DNA of 64,000 nt from Gammaproteobacteria bacterium (GCA_018670435.1 JABHRC010000037.1:25467-89466); one strand, 5' to 3'. Positions 51,146 to 62,105 are shown, counted from the stretch's first letter. Program-made: numbers and translations. The notes: generated from the letters alone by a model not told the origin.

Positions 51146-52491
51146 AAATACATATATTAGGAATTGGTGGAACATTCATGGCTGGCATAGCAATAATTGC
51201 CAAACAATTGGGACATCAAGTTACCGGATCAGATAAAAACTTATATGATCCAATGAAATCTGTTTTAGAAAAAGAAAATATCAACTTCACCGAAGGATAT
51301 AATCCAAAAATCTTGGATAAGAAATTCGATCTAGTAATAGTTGGAAATGTGATGTCACGTGGCATGAGTATAATAGAAAAATTACTTGAAAAAAAAATTA
51401 AGCATATATCAGGGCCTCAGTGGTTGTATGAAAATGTATTATGCAAGAAAAGAGTTATAGCCATATCAGGTACACATGGTAAGACAACAACCTCTTCCAT
51501 TATCACTTGGATATTAAAATATGCAAAACTAAACCCAAGCTATCTTATTGGAGGTCAGCCAGTTAACCTAAATTCACCAGCAAAACTGACAGCATCAGAA
51601 TTTTTTGTGATTGAAGCTGATGAATATGATACTTCTTTTTTTGATAAACGCTCAAAATATATACATTATCATCCTGACATATTGGTGATAAATAATATTG
51701 AGTTCGACCATGCAGATATATTTGAGAATATAGATGCTGTTATTAAAAATTTTCATCATTTAGTTAGGATTGTTCCAAGGAGTGGGAGGATTATTTATAA
51801 CAGAGATGATAAGAATATTATTAAAATGATTGAAAAAGGTCTCTGGTCAAAAAAAGTTTCTTTGACATCAAAAGGTTATAAAGATTCAGACTGGTCTCTT
51901 TCTCATAAAGATAATAGTTTTTATCTTAAAAAAATAAACACAAAGCTAACACATGAAAAAAAAATAGATTCATCACTTATAGGCGTACATAATTATAAAA
52001 ATATTTCGTTAGCAATCTTAGCTTCTATTCAGACTGGAGTTTCCTTTGCAAAGTGCATTGAAGCTATAAAAGAGTTTAAAGGCGTTAAAAGACGAATGGA
52101 GGCAGTTGAGAGTAAAGGAGATATAAAAATATATGATGACTTTGCTCACCATCCAACAGAGATTGAAAGCTCAATTAAATCATTAAAAGAAAATTTTAAG
52201 GGTAAGAAAATATTATCAATATGTGAAATAAAGTCGCACTCAATGATTTCTGGTGCACATAAGAAAAACCTCCCTATAGCATTAAATAATTCACATTTTA
52301 GTATTTTAATAAAACCTCCGCAATATAAATGGGCTATTCAAAATAAAAATAAAAACTTATATATAGTGAACTCATATTCTAAGGCATTAGAACATATAAG
52401 AAATCTTGAAAAGAAAATTGACATTATATTATTAATGAGCAATAAAAGTACAATTGACATCAGGAATTATATTAAAAATGAAAAAAGTTAA
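51142..52491 (+). CDS. mpl: UDP-N-acetylmuramate:L-alanyl-gamma-D-glutamyl-meso-DAP ligase
   Basis: Mur ligase fold starting MKIHILGIGGTFMAG (Mpl-type N-terminus), P-loop GTHGKTTT; 449 aa from the ATG at 51142. Confidence 0.88.
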   Translation: MKIHILGIGGTFMAGIAIIAKQLGHQVTGSDKNLYDPMKSVLEKENINFTEGYNPKILDKKFDLVIVGNVMSRGMSIIEKLLEKKIKHISGPQWLYENVLCKKRVIAISGTHGKTTTSSIITWILKYAKLNPSYLIGGQPVNLNSPAKLTASEFFVIEADEYDTSFFDKRSKYIHYHPDILVINNIEFDHADIFENIDAVIKNFHHLVRIVPRSGRIIYNRDDKNIIKMIEKGLWSKKVSLTSKGYKDSDWSLSHKDNSFYLKKINTKLTHEKKIDSSLIGVHNYKNISLAILASIQTGVSFAKCIEAIKEFKGVKRRMEAVESKGDIKIYDDFAHHPTEIESSIKSLKENFKGKKILSICEIKSHSMISGAHKKNLPIALNNSHFSILIKPPQYKWAIQNKNKNLYIVNSYSKALEHIRNLEKKIDIILLMSNKSTIDIRNYIKNEKS

Positions 52492-52876
52492 TAAGTCAGA
52501 TACTGAATGGAAAGATATGCTTTCTGAATCTGTTTACAATGTTACAAGAAAAAAAGGAACAGAGGCTCCCTTTAGTGGTGCTCTTAATAAAAATATAGAA
52601 ATAGGTACCTACCATTGCGCCTGTTGCGACAATGTCTTGTTTGAATCTACCCATAAATTTGACTCTGGAACAGGATGGCCTAGCTTCTATGAAGTCGCAT
52701 CAAATATGTCTCTTTATTTTAAAACCGACACATCACTTGGGATGTCTAGAGTTGAAGCGTTATGCATGGTTTGTGACGCACACCTTGGCCATATTTTTGA
52801 TGATGGTCCTAAACCCACAGGTAAAAGATATTGTATAAATTCAGTTTCATTAAAATTCAATAAGAAGGATACATGA
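52478..52876 (+). CDS. msrB: Peptide-methionine (R)-S-oxide reductase
   Basis: Zinc CxxC pairs (CACC..., CMVC), HLGHIFDDGP and catalytic RYCINS. ATG at 52478 preferred over TTG at 52454. Confidence 0.93.
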   Translation: MKKVNKSDTEWKDMLSESVYNVTRKKGTEAPFSGALNKNIEIGTYHCACCDNVLFESTHKFDSGTGWPSFYEVASNMSLYFKTDTSLGMSRVEALCMVCDAHLGHIFDDGPKPTGKRYCINSVSLKFNKKDT

Positions 52877-53493
52877 TGATAAAAAAGCTGATACCATTAT
52901 TTCCTCTTCAAAGCATAGTGTTGCCGGGCGGATTGTTTCCCCTCAGAATTTTTGAAAGAAGATATCTTGATATGGTTAGAGATTGCATAAAAAATAATAC
53001 TGATTTCTGTATTGTATTAATTAGAAATAATTCTAAAGAAGAATATATAACTGATGTGTATAACTATGGATGTCTTGTAAAGATAACAGATTGGAATCAA
53101 CTTGATGATGGCTTATTAGGAATAACTGTAGAGGGAATTAATAAAGTCAAGATACTTGATCGCGGTCTAGAAAAAACAAATTTACTTACCGGAACGATAG
53201 AAGATATCGAGATTGAAAAAGAATATATGATTCCTCAGAAACATTTATTGTTGTCTAGATTTTATAAAAAAATATATCCAGGAATTAAACATGTCATAAG
53301 CTTTAAAAAAGAAAGGTATGCAGATGCTTCATGGGTAGGTTTTAGGTTAATAGAGTGTTTGCCCTTAGATTCATCTACTAAAAATAAATTAATTGCCATG
53401 GATCATGCGATTGAGAGATTAAATATATTACATAAGATAATTCAGAAAATATATAAGGCTGAAATAGACGAACTAATGTCTAATCAACAGTAA
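52873..53493 (+). CDS. LON N-terminal (substrate-binding) domain-only protein
   Basis: LPLFPLQSIVLPGGLFPLRIFERRYLDM is the Lon N-domain signature. There is no AAA+ or protease domain. Confidence 0.8.
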   Translation: MMIKKLIPLFPLQSIVLPGGLFPLRIFERRYLDMVRDCIKNNTDFCIVLIRNNSKEEYITDVYNYGCLVKITDWNQLDDGLLGITVEGINKVKILDRGLEKTNLLTGTIEDIEIEKEYMIPQKHLLLSRFYKKIYPGIKHVISFKKERYADASWVGFRLIECLPLDSSTKNKLIAMDHAIERLNILHKIIQKIYKAEIDELMSNQQ

Positions 53494-55147
53494 TCGCACC
53501 TTTATCAGCTTGACTGACTAATTTAGCATATTTAGATAAAACTCCAGATATAGTTTTTCTGCCTGGTCTCTTCCAATGACTTAATCTTTTTTTGATTTCT
53601 ATATTAGTAAGTTTAAGAGATAATTGTTGAGTAATTGCATTAATTTCAATAATGTCTCCATTCTTTATAATAGCCAAAGGTCCTCCAATATATGCTTCCG
53701 GGGAAATATGGCCAACTACAAAGCCATGACTGCCACCAGAAAATCTTCCATCAGTTATTAATGCAACATCTTTTCCTAATCCTTTTCCCATAACGGCGGA
53801 CGTAGGTGATAACATTTCCCTCATTCCTGGTCCACCAACTGGGCCTTCATATCTTATAACAATAACTGTTCCCTTCTGAACTTTATCATTCAGTATATCT
53901 TTCAAAGCCAATTCTTCTGAATTATAAACTTTAGCTTTTCCAACAAACTTAGTTCCTTCTTTACCTGATATTTTTGCAACGGAACCTTGAGGCGATAGAT
54001 TACCTTTAAGAATAATTAAATGCCCATTATCTTTAATTGGAGAATTAAATGGCATTATAATTTTCTGATGCTTATTATAGTGCTTTACCTTTTTTAAGTT
54101 TTGTTTCAAAGTTTTACCTGTTACAGTTAAACAATCACCATGCAGCAGACCTTCCTCAAGAAGCATTTTCATTAGTGGTGCTACTCCACCGATTTCTACT
54201 AACTCGGACATAGAATATTTTCCACTCGGCTTAAGGTCGGCAAGAACTGGAGTTTTCTTACCTACGGAATCAAATTCACTAAGACTGATGTTAACTCCAG
54301 CAGAATTAGCTATAGCTAATAAATGAAGCACAGCATTGGTTGATCCTCCTAAAGCCATAACAACTGTTATTGCATTCTCAAGAGATTTTTTGTTTATAAT
54401 ATCTCTAGGTTTAATGTCTTTTTTAACACAAATCATTAATGCCTTGGCAGAATCTTTACAATCAACTTTCTTAGAATTAGATATAGCTACCTGAGCAGAA
54501 CTATTTGTCAAACTCATTCCCAAAGCCTCAATTGCACATGCCATGGTATTTGCAGTATACATGCCTCCACATGATCCTGGACCAGGTATTGCTTTCTTTT
54601 CAATTGCATATAATTCTGAATTAGAAATTTTTTTATTTGCATTTTCACCTACTGCCTCAAATACTGAAACAATATCAATTTTTTTAGACTTATAAATTCC
54701 TGGTAGGATTGTCCCACCATATACAAAAATAGAAGGTCTATTTAATCGTGCCATAGCCATAATACATCCAGGCATATTTTTATCACAACCACCAATTGTA
54801 ACAAAGCCATCAAAACCTTCACAGCCCACGACTGTCTCAATAGAGTCAGCTATGACCTCTCTAGAGACCAATGAGTATTTCATGCCTTCAGTGCCCATTG
54901 ATATGCCATCTGAAATAGTTATTGTATTGAAAATAATAGACTTTCCTCCACTAGCATCAATTGATTTAGCAGTTACTTCGGCAAGCTCATTTATATGCAT
55001 ATTACATGGTGTAACCATGCTCCAAGTGGAAGCTATTCCTATTTGTGGAAGCTTAAAATCTTTATCTTTAAAACCAACAGCTCTCAACATTGATCTACTT
55101 GGAGATCTGTCTTTGCCATCAACTACTTTTGAGGAATATTTACGCAT
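53480..55147 (-). CDS. ilvD: Dihydroxy-acid dehydratase
   Basis: CDKNMPG, GPGSCGGMYTANTM and TDGRFSGG motifs; 555 aa. Confidence 0.96.
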   Translation of the reverse strand: MRKYSSKVVDGKDRSPSRSMLRAVGFKDKDFKLPQIGIASTWSMVTPCNMHINELAEVTAKSIDASGGKSIIFNTITISDGISMGTEGMKYSLVSREVIADSIETVVGCEGFDGFVTIGGCDKNMPGCIMAMARLNRPSIFVYGGTILPGIYKSKKIDIVSVFEAVGENANKKISNSELYAIEKKAIPGPGSCGGMYTANTMACAIEALGMSLTNSSAQVAISNSKKVDCKDSAKALMICVKKDIKPRDIINKKSLENAITVVMALGGSTNAVLHLLAIANSAGVNISLSEFDSVGKKTPVLADLKPSGKYSMSELVEIGGVAPLMKMLLEEGLLHGDCLTVTGKTLKQNLKKVKHYNKHQKIIMPFNSPIKDNGHLIILKGNLSPQGSVAKISGKEGTKFVGKAKVYNSEELALKDILNDKVQKGTVIVIRYEGPVGGPGMREMLSPTSAVMGKGLGKDVALITDGRFSGGSHGFVVGHISPEAYIGGPLAIIKNGDIIEINAITQQLSLKLTNIEIKKRLSHWKRPGRKTISGVLSKYAKLVSQADKGAITVD

Positions 55148-55150
55148 TGT

Positions 55151-56215
55151 TTATTGTACCAACTTACCAAATATTTTAAATCTCCAACCCTGTAAAAATC
55201 TAATATCTTTTCTACCCCTTGCAAACAAATCAATATCTCGCTTATTTGCAATTAATGATGAAGCCACCTTGTACTCATCGCATACTACCTCTAGTGTTTG
55301 ATGACATATATTAACTCTCTTATTATACATTGAGGCGTCAAAATTCTTAAACTCAACCGGGGCTTCATCATACTTAAGTTCTAAAACAGAAAGAATGTAA
55401 CTTATATCTTCTTCATTAGGTTGGTGCTTTAAATTGTCTAATATAGACATTATTTTATTCGAACGAGCTAGAGTAATCTTTATTAGTTCACTGTCACTGA
55501 AAATCCATCTTTTTGGCATATCGTTCTGAATAGCCTTTTCTTCTCTCCATTTAGATAATATCTTCAAATGGTTTATTTGTGTTTCAGTAATCTTTGAAGG
55601 TAAGTTCACTTTTTCCCATGCCATAGCTGGTTCTGTGACTACATTCGACTTTTTAAGCTCGAGATCTTGTTCTTCGAGAAACCAATCATATCGTTCTAAT
55701 TTTGTTAATTCACTTTTTAATATTTCATGTAGCTTAATTAAATACTTCACATCATTTCCTGCATATTCAAGCTTATCATTCGAAATAGGTCTTTTCAGCC
55801 AATCAGTCCTCCATGAACCTTCTTTGAGAAAAACATTAAAGTGTTTTTTTACCAAATTAGAATAACTGATGCTTATTTGTGGATTTAGAAAATTGTCAGC
55901 TAGTTGTGTATCAAATATATTTTCTGGATAACAATCATAATAATTATTTAAAACTTCTAGATCCTGCTTAGAGGAATGAATTATTTTAATAATATTCTTA
56001 TCTTTTAATAAGTTTATAATAGGCTCCTTGTCTTCTAACGCAAGAATATCTATACAATATGTATGATTTTCATCACTTAGCTGCAATAAAGCTAGAATTG
56101 GATAATAGGTAGATTCTCTTATGAACTCTGTATCCAAGCCTATCACACTTGAAGACTTGAGATCTTTAATGATATTTTGTAATTTTATATCTGTATTAAT
56201 TAAAAAATTTGGCAT
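55151..56215 (-). CDS. rnd: Ribonuclease D
   Basis: DEDD 3'-5' exonuclease motifs (GLDTEF, HSSKQDLEVL, YAGNDV) plus an HRDC-like C-terminal region. Confidence 0.88.
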   Translation of the reverse strand: MPNFLINTDIKLQNIIKDLKSSSVIGLDTEFIRESTYYPILALLQLSDENHTYCIDILALEDKEPIINLLKDKNIIKIIHSSKQDLEVLNNYYDCYPENIFDTQLADNFLNPQISISYSNLVKKHFNVFLKEGSWRTDWLKRPISNDKLEYAGNDVKYLIKLHEILKSELTKLERYDWFLEEQDLELKKSNVVTEPAMAWEKVNLPSKITETQINHLKILSKWREEKAIQNDMPKRWIFSDSELIKITLARSNKIMSILDNLKHQPNEEDISYILSVLELKYDEAPVEFKNFDASMYNKRVNICHQTLEVVCDEYKVASSLIANKRDIDLFARGRKDIRFLQGWRFKIFGKLVQ

Positions 56216-56267
56216 AATTAAGAATAGTTAACATGATATCAGCGAATGATAGGTTCTTGTACAGAAA

Positions 56268-56810
56268 ATGCTTAAAATTAATACGAAATTACACTTAATA
56301 GAGGATATTTCTTACCTTCCTTCGGATAATTATGATTTAAGGCCAGATAATATTGATATTGATACAATTATCATACACTGTATAAGCCTTCCAGAAGGCG
56401 CTTATGATAATGAAAATGTCAGCGACTTATTTACAAATAAGCTAGATATAGCTAAAGACAAAACATTTCTGTCACTTAAAGGCCTCAGGGTGTCATCACA
56501 TTTATTTATTAGGAGAAATGGAGTGTTATCTCAGTTTGTACCATTCAATATGAGAGCTTGGCATGCAGGAGTATCACAATATAAAGGCAGAGAAAACTAC
56601 AATGATTTTTCTATCGGGATAGAGCTCGAGGGTACCTCTAGCTCAATATTTACAGAGGAACAATATAGTAAATTAAGAGAAGTAATTAAAATAATGAAGA
56701 CTTGTTATCCGAAAATTGTAGAGAATAACATAATAGGTCATAATAAGGTTTCACCAGAAAGAAAAGAGGATCCTGGAAAATTTTTTGAATGGGATAAAAT
56801 AAAAGGTTAA
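56268..56810 (+). CDS. ampD: 1,6-anhydro-N-acetylmuramyl-L-alanine amidase
   Basis: Amidase_2 fold (IIIHCISLP, RAWHAGVS, GHN...PERKEDPG). Confidence 0.9.
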   Translation: MLKINTKLHLIEDISYLPSDNYDLRPDNIDIDTIIIHCISLPEGAYDNENVSDLFTNKLDIAKDKTFLSLKGLRVSSHLFIRRNGVLSQFVPFNMRAWHAGVSQYKGRENYNDFSIGIELEGTSSSIFTEEQYSKLREVIKIMKTCYPKIVENNIIGHNKVSPERKEDPGKFFEWDKIKG

Positions 56811-56812
56811 AA

Positions 56813-57661
56813 ATGATTACAGCACTATTAATATTCTTTGCCTTGGTTCTTGAATATATTTATGATCCAATTTCACAAATGAAAGATACCAAGGTGATAA
56901 ATGTAACTTTTGAAAGATATAAAACATTCATAAAAGTTTATTTAGATAATAAATATTATGTTTATCTATTATTTCCTATTTCTATAATGATATTTTATTC
57001 GCTTTTAACATATATACTCAATAATTACTTACATGGTTTTTTTGCTTTCATTCTAGATCTAATAATTCTTGTTTATTGTTTAAAGCCAAGTGAATTTAAT
57101 AGAAAAGTAGAAGAATTTAAGTTTTCTTTGGACAATCAAGAAAATAATGAAACCTCCGAAAGATTTAATTATGTTTTATCAAATTATAATAATAAAAATT
57201 TAATTGAAAATATATTTTATAACTCAACAAGAAATATATTCACAGTATTATTCTGCTTTCTTCTTTTGGGATCTTCCGGATCACTAGCATTTATTATACT
57301 AGATAGCTATATTCATAATAAAGAAATGAAAATTGACCAAAAAACTAAAAAAGAATTAAAAAATATTATATCGATAATAGAGTACATTCCAATCAGACTA
57401 TGTACTTTTGCATTTGCAGTAGTGGCAAATTATGAATTATGTAGCAAAGTATGGAAATCACCAAAAAAAGAAAAAAGTTTATATGACTCAAATATTTCTC
57501 TTATAAATGCTGTTGGTATAGCATCCTATCAAGAATTAGGAAATGATACTAAAGACGACAATGAAGAAAAGTTAACATTTATACAATCAATTATATATAG
57601 GGCTTTTCTGTCATGGTTAAGTTTGATAGGTTTTTTAATTATCAGCGGTATCTTTGTCTGA
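56813..57661 (+). CDS. ampE: AmpE-like inner-membrane protein
   Basis: 282 aa polytopic protein directly after ampD, with the length and layout of E. coli AmpE. Sequence similarity is weak by eye. Confidence 0.6.
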   Translation: MITALLIFFALVLEYIYDPISQMKDTKVINVTFERYKTFIKVYLDNKYYVYLLFPISIMIFYSLLTYILNNYLHGFFAFILDLIILVYCLKPSEFNRKVEEFKFSLDNQENNETSERFNYVLSNYNNKNLIENIFYNSTRNIFTVLFCFLLLGSSGSLAFIILDSYIHNKEMKIDQKTKKELKNIISIIEYIPIRLCTFAFAVVANYELCSKVWKSPKKEKSLYDSNISLINAVGIASYQELGNDTKDDNEEKLTFIQSIIYRAFLSWLSLIGFLIISGIFV

Positions 57662-58306
57662 ATGTGAATAGAAGTTTTTCCCAATTTCTATTACTGATCT
57701 CAGGTTTTTTTTTCTCCAAGCATTGGTATCTCTAAGAGAATATACACAACCACAATACTCTTGCATATAAAAACCTTCGTCTTTGGAAACTTCAATCATA
57801 CGCTGTGAACCATTTTCTTTTCTCCAATTATAAGTCCAATACTCCATATTTTTGAACTTAGAAGCAGCATAGATTCCGGACTGATTAATTTGATTCATAT
57901 CTTTCCACCTTGAAATTCCAAGTGTACTAGAAATTATATCAAACCCATTTTTAGAGGCATACTCAGCAGTTTTAATAAATCTCATATCGAAACATATGGA
58001 GCACCTTTTACCTCTTTCCGGTTCTGCTTCCATTCCCTTAGTCATATCAAACCAAGCTCTAGGATTATAGTCAGCATCTATAAATGAGATATTATTTTTA
58101 ATAGAAAAATTCATATTTTCTTCTTTACGGAGAAGATACTCTTCATGAGGATGTATGTTTGGGTTATAGAAAAAAATAGTATAATTTACATTAGATTCTA
58201 TTAATCTTTCCATGATATCACCGGAACATGGGGCGCAACACGAATGTAGTAATAAGTTATCTTTACCCGTTGGTAATTTTAATTTAGTTTTAATAGTTTT
58301 ATTCAT
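57635..58306 (-). CDS. queH: Epoxyqueuosine reductase QueH (DUF208)
   Basis: LLLHSCCAPCSG Fe-S motif and later Cys motifs (CSICF, EYCGC). Confidence 0.88.
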   Translation of the reverse strand: MNKTIKTKLKLPTGKDNLLLHSCCAPCSGDIMERLIESNVNYTIFFYNPNIHPHEEYLLRKEENMNFSIKNNISFIDADYNPRAWFDMTKGMEAEPERGKRCSICFDMRFIKTAEYASKNGFDIISSTLGISRWKDMNQINQSGIYAASKFKNMEYWTYNWRKENGSQRMIEVSKDEGFYMQEYCGCVYSLRDTNAWRKKNLRSVIEIGKNFYSHSDKDTADN

Positions 58307-59094
58307 ATAGAAAAGAACCTCTTTGTGTTACTAACTGTAATTTTCTCTACATAGCTAATATCTTTATTTAAACATTCAGCAATACTTTGAGCAACATAAT
58401 TTAGATATGAAGGTTCATTAACTCCAGTATTCTTGAATGGAATATTTTTAGGGGTTAGATAAGGTGCATCAGTTTCAATCATTAACTTATCTTCTGGAAT
58501 ATATTTAATTAAATCATGTAAATGCTTGCCTCTGTTAAGATCAGATATCCACCCCGTTATACCTATGTAGCAACCCATATCTAGATATATGTCTAATTCC
58601 TTTTTTGTTCCTGTAAAACAATGTATTACAACTTTTTCAATTTCAAGAATATATTTTTTTAGCATCATTACAAAGTCATCATGAGCATTTCTTTCATGTA
58701 AAAAAATAGGGGAATTAGTATTTTTAGCAATCTTTAGTTGTTCTTCAAAGCAGAACAATTGATCATTCTTTTTTGAATACTCTCTATAGTAATCCAAGCC
58801 GCATTCTCCTATGGCCAGAACTTTTTTATTTTCAGAATACTTAATAATTTCATCAATATTTTCATGAGTGAAATCTTTTGCATTATGTGGATGAAAACCA
58901 ACGGTTGTGTAAAATATTTTTGGATATATTTTTATGATGTCCAAAGCTACCTTAGTATCCTCAAGATTTGAGGAAGTAATTATAGCTTTTTTTATATTTT
59001 TAATTTTCATATTCTCAACTACTTTATCTAATTGATTATGTAGTTGAGGATGAGTTAAGTTAGCTCCTATATCAATAAGACCCAATGTATTCAT
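58303..59094 (-). CDS. tatD: TatD-family metal-dependent hydrolase/DNase
   Basis: IDIGANL, VGFHPH, IGECGLDY, IHCF and ETDAPYL motifs. Confidence 0.9.
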   Translation of the reverse strand: MNTLGLIDIGANLTHPQLHNQLDKVVENMKIKNIKKAIITSSNLEDTKVALDIIKIYPKIFYTTVGFHPHNAKDFTHENIDEIIKYSENKKVLAIGECGLDYYREYSKKNDQLFCFEEQLKIAKNTNSPIFLHERNAHDDFVMMLKKYILEIEKVVIHCFTGTKKELDIYLDMGCYIGITGWISDLNRGKHLHDLIKYIPEDKLMIETDAPYLTPKNIPFKNTGVNEPSYLNYVAQSIAECLNKDISYVEKITVSNTKRFFSI

Positions 59095-59098
59095 TTTA

Positions 59099-59986
59099 CT
59101 ATAGAGATTTGAGAACCGAGGCTACTGTATCACCAATAACTGATGGATTTTTCGCAATTGTTATTCCTGCAGCTTCAAGTATTTCTACTTTATCTGCAGC
59201 AGACTCTCCTTTAGAACTAACAATTGCTCCAGCATGTCCCATTCTTTTACCTTTAGGTGCTGTTAAGCCAGCTATGTAAGCAATAACAGGTTTAGATACA
59301 TTGTGTTTTGCATATTCAGCAGCTTCTGCTTCTTGTGGTCCACCTATTTCACCAATCATTAGTATGACTTTTGTATCATCATCATGTTCAAATTTTTCTA
59401 GATGGTCTTTAAAGGCACTACCATTTATTGGGTCCCCGCCGATACCTACACTTGTTGATATACCAATTCCTAAATTTTTCATTTGCTCAGCAGCCTCATA
59501 GCCAAGTGTACCTGATCTTCCAATAACGCCGACATTACCTTCCTTATAAATATGACCTGGCATAATACCTAACATACATTTTCCTGGACTTATTACTCCT
59601 GCGCAATTTGGCCCAACCATCGTCATTCTTTCTTCATTTTTATAACGTCTCATATAACGTTTCACCTTAATCATGTCGTGAGCTGGTATTCCATCAGTAA
59701 TCGCAACCAAGGTCTTAATTCCTGCATCAGCTGCTTCCATTGCAGAATCTGCTGCAAAAGCGGGTGGTACAAATAATATACTACAGTCTGCCCCAGTTTC
59801 TTTTACCGCTTCTTTGACGGTATTGAAAACAGGTCTATCCAAGTGTTTTTGTCCACCTTTGCCGGGTGTTACTCCACCAACAACATTAGTCCCATAAGCA
59901 ATCATTTCTTCTGCATGAAAACTACCTATTTTTCCTGTAAAACCTTGTACAATTATTTTTGATTCTTTATTAATTAATATAGCCAT
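59099..59986 (-). CDS. mtkB: Malate thiokinase (malate-CoA ligase) small/alpha subunit, MtkB type
   Basis: SucD fold (FHAEEMIAYGTNVVGGVTPGKGG, MGHAGAI phospho-His). It carries the MtkB-like insert VKRYMRRYKNEERMTMVGPNCAG, which matches Methylobacterium MtkB (RVKRYLRRYPKEKRT.VVGPNCAG) rather than E. coli SucD (VKVKLDEAGVRMIGPNCPG), both as I recall them. Adjacent to mcl. Confidence 0.8.
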   Translation of the reverse strand: MAILINKESKIIVQGFTGKIGSFHAEEMIAYGTNVVGGVTPGKGGQKHLDRPVFNTVKEAVKETGADCSILFVPPAFAADSAMEAADAGIKTLVAITDGIPAHDMIKVKRYMRRYKNEERMTMVGPNCAGVISPGKCMLGIMPGHIYKEGNVGVIGRSGTLGYEAAEQMKNLGIGISTSVGIGGDPINGSAFKDHLEKFEHDDDTKVILMIGEIGGPQEAEAAEYAKHNVSKPVIAYIAGLTAPKGKRMGHAGAIVSSKGESAADKVEILEAAGITIAKNPSVIGDTVASVLKSL

Positions 59987-59988
59987 TA

Positions 59989-61164
59989 TTATTTATTCTC
60001 CAAATCTTTGAGTGCTTTAACAGCATTATTAGCAGCCTCTTCTAATGTTGAAGCTTCAATATAATCAATATTACTATCTTTTAAAATTTTCATGCCTTCA
60101 TCAACATTTGTTCCTGCAAGTCGAATAACCAAAGGTTGTTCTATTGTAATTTGAGCTAGCGCATCAACAATGCCTTGTGCAACCCAATCACATCTATTAA
60201 TACCTGCAAAGATATTGATCAGAATAACTTTAACTTTTGGATCACTGGATATTAGTTTGAATGCTTTCACAAATTTTTCTGGTGTTGCACCTCCGCCTAC
60301 ATCTAAGAAATTTGCAGGCTTGCCTCCTGCTAGTTGAATCATATCCATTGATGCCATCGCGAGACCAGCACCATTAATAATATTTCCTATATCTCCATCT
60401 AGAGCTATATAGTTTAAACCTCTATCATGAGCATATGTCTCTTTAGAGTCTTCTTGAGTTTTGTCTCTAAGTTCAGCAATTTGTGGGATTCTATATAAGG
60501 CATTATCATCAAATGACATTTTACAATCCAAAGCTAAAATGTGATCATCTCCAGTTAAAACCAACGGATTGATTTCAACCATAGTTGCATCTGATGTAGT
60601 GAATGCTTTATAACATCCTAATATTGCTGATGCACACCTTGATATTGCCTTAGCTTCTAATCCTAATGCAAATGCAATTTCTCTTGCTTGAAAACTTTGC
60701 ATTCCAACAGCAGCTTCAACTTTCGCACGAATAATTGATTCTGGTTTTTCTTTTGCTATTTCTTCTATACTCATTCCGCCTTCTGACGAAGCCACAACCA
60801 TAATACTTTCTGTGCTTCTATCGAAAACTAATCCTAAATAATATTCTTTTTTTATATCTGATGCTTCTTCAACATAGATTCTTTGAACTGTTAGGCCATC
60901 TGGTCCAGTTTGGTTAGTAACAAGGGTTTTGCCAAGGAGTGTGTTTGCAGCATCTAAAACTTCTTGATGACTTTTACAAACTATAATTCCTCCTGCTTTT
61001 CCTCTTGCCCCAGAATGAATTTGAGCTTTAACTACCCACATATCACCGCCAAGTTCTGTAGCTTTATCTTTAGCATTTTCCGGGCTATATGCTATTCCAC
61101 CTTTAGGTATTGCTACTCCAAATTTAGTTAATATTTCTTTTGCTTGATATTCATGTATATTCAT
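59989..61164 (-). CDS. mtkA: Malate thiokinase large/beta subunit, MtkA type
   Basis: SucC fold, but the diagnostic stretches match Methylobacterium MtkA as I recall it: [75 protein letters not shown]. Confidence 0.8.
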   Translation of the reverse strand: MNIHEYQAKEILTKFGVAIPKGGIAYSPENAKDKATELGGDMWVVKAQIHSGARGKAGGIIVCKSHQEVLDAANTLLGKTLVTNQTGPDGLTVQRIYVEEASDIKKEYYLGLVFDRSTESIMVVASSEGGMSIEEIAKEKPESIIRAKVEAAVGMQSFQAREIAFALGLEAKAISRCASAILGCYKAFTTSDATMVEINPLVLTGDDHILALDCKMSFDDNALYRIPQIAELRDKTQEDSKETYAHDRGLNYIALDGDIGNIINGAGLAMASMDMIQLAGGKPANFLDVGGGATPEKFVKAFKLISSDPKVKVILINIFAGINRCDWVAQGIVDALAQITIEQPLVIRLAGTNVDEGMKILKDSNIDYIEASTLEEAANNAVKALKDLENK

Positions 61165-62105
61165 TATTTTTTCGACTGTATTAAATTATTTATATTTATG
61201 ATATTTTCAGCCATCTTCTCAGATGCCGCATCTATCATTCTTCCATCTAGTTGCGCAGCTCCCTTTCCTTCGGCAGCAGCTTTTGCTAATTCTTCTATAA
61301 TACGATGAGCTTTTTCAACTTCTTGTGCAGGAGGAGAAAATACCTTATTAGCGTGTTCGATTTGAGAAGGGTGAATTGCCCATTTTCCCTCTATACCAAT
61401 TGCGGCACCTCTTTTTGCTGCATTAATATAACCATCTGGATCATTAAAATCTCCAAATGGTCCATCAATTGGCCTTAAGCCATATGCTCTGCATGTAGCT
61501 ACAAGTTTAGCTAGCCCATGATGCCATTGATCGCCAGGATAGTCTGGGTTCAATCCACCAATTACAACAGTCCTTGCTCTTAAGCTTGCCGCATAATCTG
61601 CCACTCCAAAATGAAGGGCTTCCAATCTTTTTGATGATTGTGCAATTTCTTCAATATTCACCATACCAAGTGCAGTCTCAATTAAACATTCAAGACCGAC
61701 TTTGTTTTTTAAACCTCTTTCTTGTTCTATCTGATTAACCATACAATCAACCATGTATACATCTCCTGAGACACCTACCTTAGGTATCAGTAAAGTATCA
61801 ACAAATTCCCCTGCTTGGCACATTATTTCAACAACATCTCTATACATATAATGAGTATCAAGACCGTTTATCCTGACGGATATAGTTTTACCATTTCCTC
61901 TCCAATCTATTTCTTTAAGGGCCTTTATGACGTTCTCACGCGCTGTAACCTTGTCATTTGGAGAGACGGCATCTTCTAAATCTAAGAAAATAAAGTCTGC
62001 TGGTGAATTTAATGCTTTTTCAAACATTTTTGGCGAAGATCCTGGAACGGCTAACTCGCTTCGTTGTACTCTTGCTCTTGCGTTTTCATAAGATGTATGG
62101 CTCAT
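61164..62105 (-). CDS. mcl: L-malyl-CoA/beta-methylmalyl-CoA lyase (HpcH/CitE family)
   Basis: Long colinear similarity to Rhodobacter/Methylobacterium Mcl as I recall them: [29 protein letters not shown]...DVY.VD, DGPFGDF.D.DG, GKWAIHP.Q. Shares one base with the mtkA start. Confidence 0.85.
   Translation of the reverse strand: MSHTSYENARARVQRSELAVPGSSPKMFEKALNSPADFIFLDLEDAVSPNDKVTARENVIKALKEIDWRGNGKTISVRINGLDTHYMYRDVVEIMCQAGEFVDTLLIPKVGVSGDVYMVDCMVNQIEQERGLKNKVGLECLIETALGMVNIEEIAQSSKRLEALHFGVADYAASLRARTVVIGGLNPDYPGDQWHHGLAKLVATCRAYGLRPIDGPFGDFNDPDGYINAAKRGAAIGIEGKWAIHPSQIEHANKVFSPPAQEVEKAHRIIEELAKAAAEGKGAAQLDGRMIDAASEKMAENIININNLIQSKK

Noticed and set aside
59099-61164. Annotating this gene pair as succinyl-CoA synthetase sucC/sucD
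   Set aside because: The fold is the same. However, the diagnostic segments and the adjacent, overlapping malyl-CoA lyase gene fit malate thiokinase MtkA/MtkB better. The SucCD possibility is kept only as the refutation condition in the finding.
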